Below are positions 9,924 through 21,423 of a stretch of 64,000 bases of DNA, piece by piece (positions within the stretch are counted from its first letter, which is position 1; each line of letters opens with the position of its first letter). The DNA comes from an uncultured Holophagaceae bacterium (GTDB lineage: Bacteria > Acidobacteriota > Holophagae > Holophagales > Holophagaceae). The stretch lies in assembly GCA_903873655.1 (NCBI GenBank), contig CAIQPH010000279.1, positions 1,321 through 65,320 on the forward strand. Direction: 5' to 3'. A model generated the notes under the pieces. That model saw nothing but the letters and a program-made list of their open reading frames with translations, was not told the origin of the DNA and searched no databases. The position numbers were made by a program, and so were the translations under genes.

Positions 9924-9995
9924 CCCCGAGGGTCCCTCGCTGCGCGAGCACCCCCGGGACCCCCGCTCTTGGGGTTGGGAACCCGCCCCAAGAGC
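9924..9995 (+). repeat. Two-hairpin palindromic repeat (REP-like family A)
   Basis: CCGAGGG-TCCCTCGCTGCGCGAGCA-CCCCCGG, linker GACCCCC, then GCTCTTGGGG..CCCCAAGAGC. First hairpin is near-identical to the reverse complement of the 61304-61373 copy. Confidence 0.7.
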
Positions 9996-10020
9996 CTTCA
10001 CCTCTCCTTCTGGAGGCGCC

Positions 10021-11010
10021 ATGGAGCTTAGCAGCCTTGGTCTAGGCACCTACCTGGGGCAGGTCTCTGATGCCGCCGATGCAGCCTACGTGGAAGCCGT
10101 GGGGACCTTCCTCGCAGCCGGTGGAACCGTCTTCGACACCGCCGCGAACTACCGCCAGGGTCGCTCGGAACGGGCCCTGGGATCCGCTTTCATGGGTGTT
10201 GCCCGCGAGCGTTTCTTCGCCTCCACCAAGGCCGGCTACATACCCATGCCGGAGGGTGCTGACGACGAGGGTCCCCGGGCCTGGTTCCACCGGGTGCTGG
10301 AGAAGCCTGGCATCCTCTCTGTGGATGAACTGGTGGACGGCTGCCACGCCATGACTCCCAAATACCTGGCTCACCAGTTGGACATCAGCCGGGAGGCCCT
10401 GGGTCTCGAAACCATCGACCTCTTCCATCTTCACAACCCTGAGCAGCAGTTGGCGCACCTGGGTGCCGAGGCCTTCTACGACATGATCAGCAGGGCTTTC
10501 GAGGCCTGCGAGGGGTTCGTCGCCTCCGGAAAGATCGGCGCCTACGGCGTGGCCACCTGGAACGGCTTCCGCGTGCCGCCCGGAGAGGCAGGGCACTTGA
10601 GCCTCTCCCGCCTGCTGAAGGCCGCCACAGCGACTGGAGGCAGGGACCACCACTTCCGCTGGATCCAGCTGCCCCTCAACCTGGCCATGCCAGAGGCCTT
10701 CCTGGCCCCGACCCAGGACATCGACGGCACGGCGCTGACACCCCTGGCTGCTGCCCAGGTCAGCGGGCTCAAGATCCAGACCTCGGCCTCCATCATGCAG
10801 GCGCGCATCCTGAACCAACTGCCGGACGGTTTCGCAGAAGCCCTCGGGCTGCACACCCCCGCCCAGGCAGCCCTCCAGTTCACCCGTTCCTGCCCTGGCG
10901 TCACCACCGCCCTCTGCGGCATGGGGCGACCGGACCATGTGACCGAGAACATGGCGGTCCTGGCCATCCCGAAGCTTGATGCCATCGCGCTGGCGAGCCT
11001 GTTCGGATGA
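10021..11010 (+). CDS. Aldo/keto reductase
   Basis: LGLGTY, FDTAANY, STKAGY and DLFHLHNPE motifs. Confidence 0.85.
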   Translation: MELSSLGLGTYLGQVSDAADAAYVEAVGTFLAAGGTVFDTAANYRQGRSERALGSAFMGVARERFFASTKAGYIPMPEGADDEGPRAWFHRVLEKPGILSVDELVDGCHAMTPKYLAHQLDISREALGLETIDLFHLHNPEQQLAHLGAEAFYDMISRAFEACEGFVASGKIGAYGVATWNGFRVPPGEAGHLSLSRLLKAATATGGRDHHFRWIQLPLNLAMPEAFLAPTQDIDGTALTPLAAAQVSGLKIQTSASIMQARILNQLPDGFAEALGLHTPAQAALQFTRSCPGVTTALCGMGRPDHVTENMAVLAIPKLDAIALASLFG

Positions 11011-11561
11011 TCCTCCTTGCCATCACGCCAGGGGTCGGTTTCCATCGTGAGGACTGGCGCTCCGTGCTCTGTTCCGGCTTGGATGCCTTCCTCATCCGGG
11101 AGAAGGGACTGTCCCCTCGGGATCTCCTGGACGCGGCCCGCTGGTGCCAGGACACCGCACCCGAGGTGGGGCTCTGGGTGGCCGGTCGCCTGGACGTGGC
11201 CTACGCGGCGGGATGCGGCCTCCATGCCCCCGAGGACCACCCCGAGGTCGGACCTGGACTGGTGCCCGTCTCCCGCCCCCTGCATGCCGAGGGGCAGTGG
11301 AGGGAACGGATTTCCGCCGATCAACTGCTGATATCTCCGCTCTTCGCAACCCCCGGCAAGGGCTTGCCCTGGGGGTGGGAACGCTGCCGGACTTTTCTCG
11401 ATGCGTTGCCCGAGGCGGGCCCGAAGCTACTCGCCCTGGGGGGGATCAACCCAGCCAATGCTCCCCTGATCCGGCACCCGAGGCTGGCGGGGATCGCCGC
11501 CATCAGGCCCTTCTGGGACGGGAACCCTGCCCGGGCCGTGGCGCTCTTCAGGGAAGGATGA
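11007..11561 (+). CDS. Thiamine-phosphate synthase/TenI-like protein
   Basis: IREK, SPLFATPGK and ALGGI motifs. Confidence 0.7.
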   Translation: MILLAITPGVGFHREDWRSVLCSGLDAFLIREKGLSPRDLLDAARWCQDTAPEVGLWVAGRLDVAYAAGCGLHAPEDHPEVGPGLVPVSRPLHAEGQWRERISADQLLISPLFATPGKGLPWGWERCRTFLDALPEAGPKLLALGGINPANAPLIRHPRLAGIAAIRPFWDGNPARAVALFREG

Positions 11562-11590
11562 GCCCAGGGTATCCTGGACCGGGAGGCGTC

Positions 11591-11851
11591 ATGGACTTGC
11601 CAGAGCATCTGCATCACCTGGTGAGCGAGTTGGGTGATTCCCTGGTGAAGGCCCTGTCAGAGGATGACCACTGTCGGGACCTGGCCTTCCAGATCCAGGC
11701 CAAGGGTTATGGTCTGATGCTGATTCTGGAAGCCTCACCCATCGGCATGGGTCCCCGGATTCTCACCAATGTGGAGGATGCCGACGCCTCGCTGCCCTTC
11801 TCCGAGGATGACCTGCGGCTGATGAAGTCCTTCAAGATCCGGATGGATTAG
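11591..11851 (+). CDS. Small hypothetical protein
   Basis: GGGAGG SD before ATG 11591; ends DDLRLMKSFKIRMD. Confidence 0.65.
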   Translation: MDLPEHLHHLVSELGDSLVKALSEDDHCRDLAFQIQAKGYGLMLILEASPIGMGPRILTNVEDADASLPFSEDDLRLMKSFKIRMD

Positions 11852-11854
11852 ACA

Positions 11855-13114
11855 GTGCCGGTCCTGCCCTGGGATCTCCCGGCTCCCGAGGCTGGTCCGT
11901 CCATTCGCCCCAACGCCGCGGGCCTGGGTCGTTTGGAATTGGGCCTGCTCCTCTCCAGCCTTGGGGAACCCGCCTGGCGGGGTGGCCAGGTGTTCTCAGG
12001 CCTGCTGCGACAGCGCTGGAGCCAGTGGGAGCACTTCTCGACCCTTTCCAAGGCCCTGCGTTCAAAGCTGGCCGCCCAAGTGGACCTGGCCTGGCCATTG
12101 ATCGTCCAGAGCCAGGCATCCGAAGATGGCTCCACCAAGCATGTCTTCGAGCTGAGCGACGGGCGCCAGGTCGAGGGTGTCCACATGCCCTATGCCCTCC
12201 GGGGGTCCGGTCTGCGCCCTCCACCCCCTGGACCTCCGCACCAGGGGCGGGCTGAGCCTGCCCCTGGCTTCGAAGCCCTCGATCGCGTCACCCTCTGCCT
12301 CTCCAGCCAGGTCGGCTGCGCCATGGGCTGCACCTTCTGTGCCACCGGCCAGATGGGCATCATCCGCAACCTCAGCGCAGCGGAAATCGTGGGCCAGGTG
12401 GTGGCCATGCTGAACCACCACGCGCACCCTCAAGACCGGCCCGTAAACCTGGTCTTCATGGGCATGGGCGAGCCCCTGCACAACTTCGGTCATCTCATGG
12501 CGGCCTTCGAGACGCTGACGGATGCGGAGGGTCTGGCCATCCCGCCACGACGGATCACGGTATCCACCTCGGGCCTCGTGAGTGGCATCGACCGGCTCGG
12601 TACCTTCACGCGGCGGCCCCGGTTGGCCATCAGCCTGAACGGCACCACCAACGAAGCACGCTCAAGCATCATGCCCGTGAACCGCGTCTGGAATTTGGAG
12701 ACGCTGGCCCAGGCCCTGGAACGCTTCCCCCTCCAGTCCGGCGAACGCATCACCATCGAATACGTGCTGCTGAAGGGCGTGTCTGATCGACAGGAGGACG
12801 GCCGCCGGCTCGCTGCCTTCGCGAGGCGCTTCCCGGCCAAGGTGAACCTGATCCCCTTCAATCCCCATGAGGGCGGAGCAGGAGCGGAGCCCCACGGGAC
12901 CGAAGGTACCGCCCAGCGGGCGGGCGCCATGGAAGGCGCCCGTGTGGGTTCCGGTTTCGAACCACCCGACGAAACTCGGATCAGCGCCCTCTGCCTCCTG
13001 CTGTCCGAGGCCGATGTGCCCGTCAGCGTCCGGCGCAGTCGGGGCCAGGATGTGACTGGTGCTTGCGGTCAGCTGGCACGAGGTGGACTGGCCCGACCTC
13101 CGAAACGCAGCTGA
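11855..13114 (+). CDS. rlmN: 23S rRNA m2A2503/tRNA methyltransferase RlmN with two palindromic in-frame insertions
   Basis: SSQVGCAMGCTFCATG, MGMGEP, VNLIPFN and GACGQL motifs. Confidence 0.92.
   Translation: MPVLPWDLPAPEAGPSIRPNAAGLGRLELGLLLSSLGEPAWRGGQVFSGLLRQRWSQWEHFSTLSKALRSKLAAQVDLAWPLIVQSQASEDGSTKHVFELSDGRQVEGVHMPYALRGSGLRPPPPGPPHQGRAEPAPGFEALDRVTLCLSSQVGCAMGCTFCATGQMGIIRNLSAAEIVGQVVAMLNHHAHPQDRPVNLVFMGMGEPLHNFGHLMAAFETLTDAEGLAIPPRRITVSTSGLVSGIDRLGTFTRRPRLAISLNGTTNEARSSIMPVNRVWNLETLAQALERFPLQSGERITIEYVLLKGVSDRQEDGRRLAAFARRFPAKVNLIPFNPHEGGAGAEPHGTEGTAQRAGAMEGARVGSGFEPPDETRISALCLLLSEADVPVSVRRSRGQDVTGACGQLARGGLARPPKRS
12194..12280 (+). repeat. Family A palindromic element inserted in frame in rlmN
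   Basis: TCCGGGGG..CCCCCTGGA, linker CCTCCGCA, CCAGGGGCGGGC-TGA-GCCTGCCCCTGG; flanked by GCCCTC direct repeats 81 bp apart. Confidence 0.7.
12885..12953 (+). repeat. Second palindromic in-frame insertion in rlmN
   Basis: Outer stem CGGAGCCCCAC..GTGTGGGTTCCG enclosing GCCC-AGC-GGGC and GGCGCC-ATGGAA-GGCGCC. Confidence 0.55.
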
Positions 13115-13133
13115 TTTCGGTCATGCTGGATGA

Positions 13134-13736
13134 GTGCAATCCACACACAAACCCTTTTTCGCGACCCTTCAGGCCTTGCTCGCCGAGGAGGGTGAGATCA
13201 CGCTCGGCGAATTGCTGGATGCCGCCGGGGAACAGACTTACGGCCTGCTGATACTGCTGCTCTCGCTCCCGAACCTCGTTCCCGGACTGAATGTTGGCTT
13301 GGCCCCCTTGGGTGGCACCGCCCTCATGGGCCTCGGTGTCCAGCTGGCAAGGGGCCGCCCCCACCCCTGGGTCCCCAGGCGCATCATGGCCCAGGCCATT
13401 CACAAGGGCAGGACCAAGGATGCCCTCGCCAGGTTCGAGGTCCAACTCACCCGCTTTCGCTGGCCAGGGAGCAAGCAGCGCCCCCTCAACCCGCAACGAA
13501 TGGGTGCCGTCATCACTTGGACTGGCTTCCTCCTGGCCATCCCCGTGCCCCTTCCCTTCGGCAACCAGTTGCCTGCCGCCATCCTCTGCCTGTTGGGCGC
13601 AGCCTTGCTCGAGGAACGCCCGGTCTGGGCCTGGATCGGAGCCCTGGCGTCCCTCGGCAACACCCTCTACTTCACCTTCAGCTTCAACCTCATCTACAGT
13701 GCCTTCGCGAAGGCCTTCCATGCCGTCGTGAAGTGA
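13134..13736 (+). CDS. ExoD-family membrane protein
   Basis: ITLGELL..YGLLILLLSLP, PWVPRRI and PLPFGNQLPA motifs. Confidence 0.8.
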   Translation: MQSTHKPFFATLQALLAEEGEITLGELLDAAGEQTYGLLILLLSLPNLVPGLNVGLAPLGGTALMGLGVQLARGRPHPWVPRRIMAQAIHKGRTKDALARFEVQLTRFRWPGSKQRPLNPQRMGAVITWTGFLLAIPVPLPFGNQLPAAILCLLGAALLEERPVWAWIGALASLGNTLYFTFSFNLIYSAFAKAFHAVVK

Positions 13737-14527
13737 TGCGCTTCGACGCCCTCACCCTCTTTCCGGAGTTCGTCGAGGCTGCCCGGCTCGGCATCACGGG
13801 GCGCGCCTTCCGCGACCTGGGCCACGCACTGCATACCCACAACTACCGCCCCTTTGCCGGGAACGCCTTCGGTCACGTGGATGACTCGCCCTTTGGCGGA
13901 GGCCCCGGAATGGTCCTGCGTCCCGATGTGCTGCGAGACACGCTGGCTTCCATCCCGCGACAGGACAAGGCCCGCGTCATTCATTTCAGCCCCGCCGCCC
14001 CGCCCCTCACCCATGCCAAGGTCCTGGAACTCGCAGAACTCGATCAGCTGATCCTGATCTGCACCCGCTATGAGGGCCTGGATCAGCGTGCCGTGGAGCG
14101 GTGCGTCGACGAGGAACTGAGCGTCGGAGAAGTGGTCCTCAGTGGGGGCGAACTGCCCGCCCTCGCCCTCATCGATGCGGTCTGCCGCTGGCTTCCCGGC
14201 GTGCTGGGCAACGATGACTCCGCCAAGCAGGACAGCTTCGCCACCGGCCTGCTGGACCACCCCCACTACACGCGACCCGCCCTCTTCGACGGCCAGGAGG
14301 TGCCCACGGTGCTTCAGGGCGGCGACCACGGAGCCATCCGTCTCTGGCGCCTGCGCGAGGCCATGGCCCGCACCAGGCGGCTACGGCCGGACCTATGGCA
14401 GATCTTCCTTAAGGATCGGCTGACCGGTCTGGATCGTCCCGCCCAGTGGTGCGCCTGGCAGGTGGAGCACCCGGCCGACTGGGAACGGCCCAAACCCAAG
14501 GGCTGGAAGGGGTGGAAGCCCGAATGA
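13736..14527 (+). CDS. trmD: tRNA (guanine-N1)-methyltransferase
   Basis: [34 protein letters not shown] and PHYTRP motifs; TGATG overlap with the upstream gene. Confidence 0.95.
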   Translation: MRFDALTLFPEFVEAARLGITGRAFRDLGHALHTHNYRPFAGNAFGHVDDSPFGGGPGMVLRPDVLRDTLASIPRQDKARVIHFSPAAPPLTHAKVLELAELDQLILICTRYEGLDQRAVERCVDEELSVGEVVLSGGELPALALIDAVCRWLPGVLGNDDSAKQDSFATGLLDHPHYTRPALFDGQEVPTVLQGGDHGAIRLWRLREAMARTRRLRPDLWQIFLKDRLTGLDRPAQWCAWQVEHPADWERPKPKGWKGWKPE

Positions 14528-14636
14528 CCACTTCCCTTTTACGCCCATCTGGATAGACTGGTGGACTCCCCCTCTGGGGAGTTTCGAGCCATGTCCACCT
14601 GTGATCAGGTTTGGGACCGCTGGCCCAGGAGCCCAC

Positions 14637-14996
14637 ATGAGCCATATTATCGACCAGCTTGAAGCGAGTCTGCTTCGCTCAGACCTTCCCCGCATCCAGC
14701 CCGGCGACACCGTCAAGGTGCACGTCAAGGTGAAGGAAGGCGAGAAAGAGCGCATCCAGCTCTTCCAGGGCATCGTCATCGGCATCAAGGGCGGCGGCAT
14801 GCGCACCTCCTTCACCGTCCGCAAGGTCGCGAGCGGTGTGGGCGTCGAACGCATCTTCCCCCTGAACAGCCCCACCATCGACAAGCTGGAAGTGCTCCGC
14901 CATGGCAAGGTCCGCCGCGCCAAGCTCTACTTCCTGCGCGAGAAGCTCGGCAAGGCCGGCCGCCTCAAGGAACGCCGCGTCGAGAGCGGCGAATAG
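14637..14996 (+). CDS. rplS: 50S ribosomal protein L19
   Basis: [33 protein letters not shown]. Confidence 0.97.
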   Translation: MSHIIDQLEASLLRSDLPRIQPGDTVKVHVKVKEGEKERIQLFQGIVIGIKGGGMRTSFTVRKVASGVGVERIFPLNSPTIDKLEVLRHGKVRRAKLYFLREKLGKAGRLKERRVESGE

Positions 14997-15076
14997 GACT
15001 GATCTCCTAGACTGTGAGAAAATGAGCCCGGGTGCTCCGGCTGGTCCGTTCGCGGCTGCCATCCCCGGGAGGAATC

Positions 15077-15610
15077 ATGAAGACCTCGTCCTTCTTCGCC
15101 CTGGTCATCCAGGCCACGGTGGTCCTCTCTCTCCATGCGGAGGCTCCCCGCTATGGTGTTCAGGCCTTGGTGAACATCCCACTGGGTGACCTCCGATCTT
15201 ATGCGAACAACAATCCCGGGGTCGGCATTGGCGTTCAGGGCACCTTCGATCTGAGCGACGGCCACATGCTGCGCCCCCGCCTGGACTATGGCCTCTATCA
15301 GCAAGCCCATATCGCCGCTACCAAGCAGAACGCGTCCTACTTCGACCTTGGCGGGGACTACCTCTACTTCTTCGCCGACAAGCCGGAGGGACTCTACCTG
15401 ACGGCAGGCCTGGCGGCCGTGCGCTGGACCTTCCAATATCAGGACCCCAGCGCCAAGGCGACCGATGACACCACCAAATTGGGTGTGGCCGCAGGCATCG
15501 GCTACCAGTGGGATTACAACATCGGGACCGAGGCGAGATGGCTGCATTCCAGCGTATCGCGCAGCTTCAAGGCAGACTCCGTCCAGGCCGCCGTCACCTT
15601 CCGATTCTGA
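15077..15610 (+). CDS. Small outer-membrane beta-barrel protein
   Basis: Signal peptide, alternating beta strands, C-terminal VTFRF. Confidence 0.75.
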   Translation: MKTSSFFALVIQATVVLSLHAEAPRYGVQALVNIPLGDLRSYANNNPGVGIGVQGTFDLSDGHMLRPRLDYGLYQQAHIAATKQNASYFDLGGDYLYFFADKPEGLYLTAGLAAVRWTFQYQDPSAKATDDTTKLGVAAGIGYQWDYNIGTEARWLHSSVSRSFKADSVQAAVTFRF

Positions 15611-15655
15611 ACCGCTCCGCTTTGTAACCCCGAGGCGGAGTCTGGGCTCACACCG

Positions 15656-17125
15656 TCAGAGACCATATTCCTTCCATCTCTGGCTGACGCGGTCCAGGAT
15701 CATCTCTGGGAAGACCAGGTCCCTGGGCCATTCCCGGAGGTAGCCGTCGAAGGGTCGGTTCTTGCGGGTGGCGTCGATGCCCACCTTGCTGCCGAAGGCG
15801 AAGCGATCGGCGGCGTGATCCAGCACGTCCAGCGGCCCTTCGGTGAAGAGCATGTCGCGCTTCGGGTCCACGTTGCTGGTGAGGCGGAAGAGCACCTCGT
15901 TGAGGTCGTGGGGATCGATGTCCTCATCCACGACCACGATGGCCTTGGTGAACATGATCTGGCCCGTGCCCCAGATGGCGCTCATGACCTTCTGGGGGTG
16001 GCCCGGATAGTCCTTCTTCATGCTCAGGATCACCAGGTTGTGGAAGGCGCCCCCGGCCGGCAAGTGCATGTCGCGGATCTCGGGCAGCACCATGCGCAGA
16101 AGCGGCAGGAAGATGCGCTCCGTGGCCAGGCCGAGGTAGGCGTCCTCCTGGGGGGGCCGCCCCACGATGGTGGCGGGAAACACCGGATTCTTCCGCATGG
16201 TGATGGCTTCCACGTGCAGCACCGGATAGTCGTCCGCCAGAGAGTAGTAGCCCGTGTGGTCGCCGAAGGGGCCTTCCCGACGCAATTCCCCGGGATTCAC
16301 ATAACCTTCGATGACGATCTCCGAATCCGCAGGCACTTCCAGGTCGTTCGAAACGCAGGACACCATCTCTATACCCGCTCCCCGAATGAAGCCCGCGAAC
16401 ATCACTTCGCTGAGGAAGGGGGGCAGGGGCGCGGTGGCGGCATAGGTCAGCGCCGGATCGCCGCCGAAGCTCACGGCCACGGGCATGCGCTCGTTCCCGT
16501 CGTAGCCATGGCGGTTACGCGCCCCATCGTGGTGCAACTGTGTGTGGAAGCCGAGGGTCCGATCGTCGTACACCTGCAGTCGGTAGAGACCCATGTTGCG
16601 ATGGCCGGTCTGCTTGTTGCGGGTGTGGCTCATGCCCAGGGTGATGAAAGGGCCACCATCTTCCGGCCAGGTGGTCAGCACCGGCAGATCGGAGAGCTTC
16701 ACCTGGTCGCCCTTGAGCACGACCTCCTGGCAGAGGCCCCTCCGCACGGTCTTCGGCATCCAGTGGCCGACCTCGGCAAGGCCCAGGAGCTTGGACAACT
16801 TCTCGAAGAAACCAGCGCCTGGATTGGGCATGGCCTTCTGCACCAGTTTCTCGATGCGGTCGGCGATGGCATCCAGCCCCCGGGGTTCCTGGTCCACGCC
16901 CAGGGCCATCTCCATGCGCCGCAGGCTGCCGAAGACATTCATCGCCACCGGGATGGCATTTCCCAAAGGCCTCTCGAACAGCAGACCCTTGCCTCCACCG
17001 GGCTGCTTGGATACCTGGTCAGCGATGGCGCCCATCTCCAGGGCTGGATCCACCTCCGGTTTCACCCGAGTCAGTTCGCCCGCAGCCTCAAGCTGCTTCA
17101 AGAAAGTCTGGAAGTCACGGCCCAT
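15656..17125 (-). CDS. UbiD-family (menaquinone-type) prFMN decarboxylase
   Basis: WPEDGGPFIT, NMGLYR, EGPFGDHTGYY and KVGIDAT motifs. Confidence 0.9.
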   Translation of the reverse strand: MGRDFQTFLKQLEAAGELTRVKPEVDPALEMGAIADQVSKQPGGGKGLLFERPLGNAIPVAMNVFGSLRRMEMALGVDQEPRGLDAIADRIEKLVQKAMPNPGAGFFEKLSKLLGLAEVGHWMPKTVRRGLCQEVVLKGDQVKLSDLPVLTTWPEDGGPFITLGMSHTRNKQTGHRNMGLYRLQVYDDRTLGFHTQLHHDGARNRHGYDGNERMPVAVSFGGDPALTYAATAPLPPFLSEVMFAGFIRGAGIEMVSCVSNDLEVPADSEIVIEGYVNPGELRREGPFGDHTGYYSLADDYPVLHVEAITMRKNPVFPATIVGRPPQEDAYLGLATERIFLPLLRMVLPEIRDMHLPAGGAFHNLVILSMKKDYPGHPQKVMSAIWGTGQIMFTKAIVVVDEDIDPHDLNEVLFRLTSNVDPKRDMLFTEGPLDVLDHAADRFAFGSKVGIDATRKNRPFDGYLREWPRDLVFPEMILDRVSQRWKEYGL

Positions 17126-17307
17126 GGCTATCTCCGGATCTCGATCATCCCACGAGAGGGATCTAACGAACCCACTGCCCCCTGGCTCACGAATTTCCCT
17201 TGAGCCGACAGGGCTTTCCCTTCATACTGATGGGCCTTGCCCTGGCCATGGGCTCCCAAGCGCGTCCGATGGACTGCCGCCCATGTGCCCCAACCATAGA
17301 GGTTTCC

Positions 17308-17619
17308 ATGTTCGCAATCATCAAGACCGGCGGAAAGCAGTACCGCGTCGCCGAGGGCGACGTCCTCCGCGTGGAACTGCTGGAGAAGGATCCCAAGCAG
17401 GCCTTCACCTTCGACCAGGTGCTGCTCATCGATGACGACGGCAACCTCAAGGTGGGCCAGCCCACCTTAAGCGGCGCGACAGTCGAAGCCGAGGTCATCA
17501 CCCATGACCGCGCCAAGAAGGTGTACATCTTCAAGAAGAAGAAGACCACCACCTATCAGCGCACCCAGGGCCACCGCCAGGGGTTCACGGAAGTCCGGAT
17601 CAAAGCCATCAAGGCCTAG
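17308..17619 (+). CDS. rplU: 50S ribosomal protein L21
   Basis: MFAIIKTGGKQYRV..GHRQ. Confidence 0.97.
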   Translation: MFAIIKTGGKQYRVAEGDVLRVELLEKDPKQAFTFDQVLLIDDDGNLKVGQPTLSGATVEAEVITHDRAKKVYIFKKKKTTTYQRTQGHRQGFTEVRIKAIKA

Positions 17620-17624
17620 GTCTG

Positions 17625-17648
17625 CTTTTTTCGCGAAAGCGAAAAAAG
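17625..17648. terminator. Hairpin between rplU and rpmA (terminator or processing site)
   Basis: CTTTTTTCGC-GAAA-GCGAAAAAAG followed by TTTT. Confidence 0.4.
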
Positions 17649-17689
17649 TTTTGAAAAGACATTAAAATTCATTTTGAAGAGGTTTTCCC

Positions 17690-17950
17690 ATGGCACATAA
17701 AAAAGGCGTTGGTTCCAGCCGCAACGGTCGCGATTCCCACTCCCAGCGCCTCGGCGTGAAGGAATTCGGCGGGGAACTTGTCCCAGGTGGTTCCATTCTT
17801 GTCCGCCAGCGCGGCACCAAATTCAAGGCCGGCATCAATGTCGGCATGGGCAAGGATCACACCCTCTTTGCCAAGATTGACGGCAAGGTCCGCTTCCAGG
17901 ACAAGGGCCAGAGCGGCCGCTTCATCCACATCGATCCCATCGCGGATTGA
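17690..17950 (+). CDS. rpmA: 50S ribosomal protein L27
   Basis: [22 protein letters not shown]. Confidence 0.97.
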   Translation: MAHKKGVGSSRNGRDSHSQRLGVKEFGGELVPGGSILVRQRGTKFKAGINVGMGKDHTLFAKIDGKVRFQDKGQSGRFIHIDPIAD

Positions 17951-17961
17951 GACCACATTGA

Positions 17962-19733
<1,772 letters not shown>

Positions 19734-19750
19734 CCTGCTTTGGAGTTCGC

Positions 19751-20113
19751 ATGGTCCTTGATTCCCGGCTCGCGACCGTTGTCGACGCCGCCCGGTCCAA
19801 GAAAGCTTTCCGCATCCGCCTCCTGGACGTGAAAGACATCGCCAGCTTCACTGACACGTTCGCCTTCATGAGTGGCGGCAGCGACCGCCAGAATCGAGCC
19901 ATCGCCGAGGCCGTCGAGGACGCCTTGAAGCTGACCGGCGAACGGCCCATTTCCCGCGAGGGCGAATCCAACGGCAACTGGATCCTGCTCGATTTCGGCG
20001 ACCTCGTGCTTCACATCATGGACGAGGAGACCCGTCGGCATTACAACCTCGAAGGACTGTGGAACACCGGCCGCGAACTAGAACTGCCGGCCGAGATCCA
20101 CCCAGAAGCCTAG
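19751..20113 (+). CDS. rsfS: Ribosome silencing factor
   Basis: WILLDFGDLVLHIM..YNLEGLW. Confidence 0.92.
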   Translation: MVLDSRLATVVDAARSKKAFRIRLLDVKDIASFTDTFAFMSGGSDRQNRAIAEAVEDALKLTGERPISREGESNGNWILLDFGDLVLHIMDEETRRHYNLEGLWNTGRELELPAEIHPEA

Positions 20114-20125
20114 GAGAAGACTTCC

Positions 20126-21379
20126 ATGACCTCCCCCCAGATCAATCCCTACGAAGCGATGCAGGCCCGCTTGCGTGTGGCCGCCCAGCTCTACGGACTG
20201 GATGACGCCCTGTTCAAGGTCTTCATGGCCACGAACCGCTCCATGATCGTGAGCCTGCCTGTCCTCATGGACAACGGCCAGTGGGAAGTCTTCACCGGCT
20301 ACCGCGTCCAGCACAGCACGGCGCGAGGACCCGCCAAGGGTGGCATCCGCTATGACCTGAACGTCACGCTCGACGAGATCAAAGCCCTCGCCGCCTGGAT
20401 GACCTGGAAATGTTCCGTGGTGGATGTGCCTTTCGGGGGCGGCAAGGGCGGCGTCGTGTGCGACCCCGACCGCCTGAGCTCCGGGGAGAAGGAGCGCATC
20501 ACCCGCCGCTACATCGCGGAGATCATGGACATCCTTGGCCCTGACCGCGACGTGCCGGCCAACGACATGGGCACGGACGCCCAGACCATGGCCTGGGTCA
20601 TGGACACCTACTCCATGCACGTGCGCCGCATCGAGAATGCCGTCGTCACCGGCAAGCCCCTGGGCCTCGGCGGTAGCCTCGGACGCACGGAGGCCACCGG
20701 ACGAGGCATTCTGATCACCGCTCGGGAGGCTATGCAGCGCCTGGGCAAGCCCCTCGCTGGCGCCACCGTGGCCGTGCAGGGCTTCGGCAACGTCGGCAGC
20801 CAGGCGGCGCGCCTGCTGCATGAAGCTGGGGCCCGCATCGTGGCCATCAGCGATCAGAAAGGCGCCATCAAGAACGACCGGGGCCTCGACATCCACGCCC
20901 TGCTCAAGCACTGGTCCGAGGCCAGGACCGTGACCGGCTTCAAGGGTGCCGAGCCCATGGAAGGCTCAGCCCTCCTCACCCATGCCGTAGACATCCTGGT
21001 GCCCGCCGCCACGGAAAACCAGATCACCGAGCAGAACGCCGCCAAGGTGCGCGCCAAGATCATCGTGGAGGGGGCGAACGGCCCCACCACGCCCGAGGCG
21101 GATCCCATCCTCCTGGAGAACGGTGTCCTGGTGGTCCCCGACATCCTGGCCAATGCCGGTGGCGTCACCGTCAGCTACTTCGAGTGGGTACAGAACCGGC
21201 AGGGTTTCTACTGGCGTGAGCGCGAGGTCAATGAGCGACTGGTGGACTACATGACCCACGCCTTCCAGGCCACTTTCGCCACCACCGACAAGTACAAGAC
21301 CAACCCCCGCATCGGCGCCTACATCCTGGCCCTCGACCGCGTCGCGCAGGCGATGCGGTACCGCGGGTTCTACGCTTAG
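20126..21379 (+). CDS. gdhA: Glu/Leu/Phe/Val (glutamate) dehydrogenase
   Basis: [22 protein letters not shown] and [12 protein letters not shown] motifs. Confidence 0.92.
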   Translation: MTSPQINPYEAMQARLRVAAQLYGLDDALFKVFMATNRSMIVSLPVLMDNGQWEVFTGYRVQHSTARGPAKGGIRYDLNVTLDEIKALAAWMTWKCSVVDVPFGGGKGGVVCDPDRLSSGEKERITRRYIAEIMDILGPDRDVPANDMGTDAQTMAWVMDTYSMHVRRIENAVVTGKPLGLGGSLGRTEATGRGILITAREAMQRLGKPLAGATVAVQGFGNVGSQAARLLHEAGARIVAISDQKGAIKNDRGLDIHALLKHWSEARTVTGFKGAEPMEGSALLTHAVDILVPAATENQITEQNAAKVRAKIIVEGANGPTTPEADPILLENGVLVVPDILANAGGVTVSYFEWVQNRQGFYWREREVNERLVDYMTHAFQATFATTDKYKTNPRIGAYILALDRVAQAMRYRGFYA

Positions 21380-21423
21380 CTGGCAGCTGGCTAAATTCGC
21401 AGGCTCCGTCCGAGCCTGCGAAT

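Noticed and set aside
14560-14600. Hairpin ACTCCCC-CTCT-GGGGAGT upstream of rplS as an L19 leader RNA
   Set aside because: A single short stem; cannot be matched to a known motif by eye.
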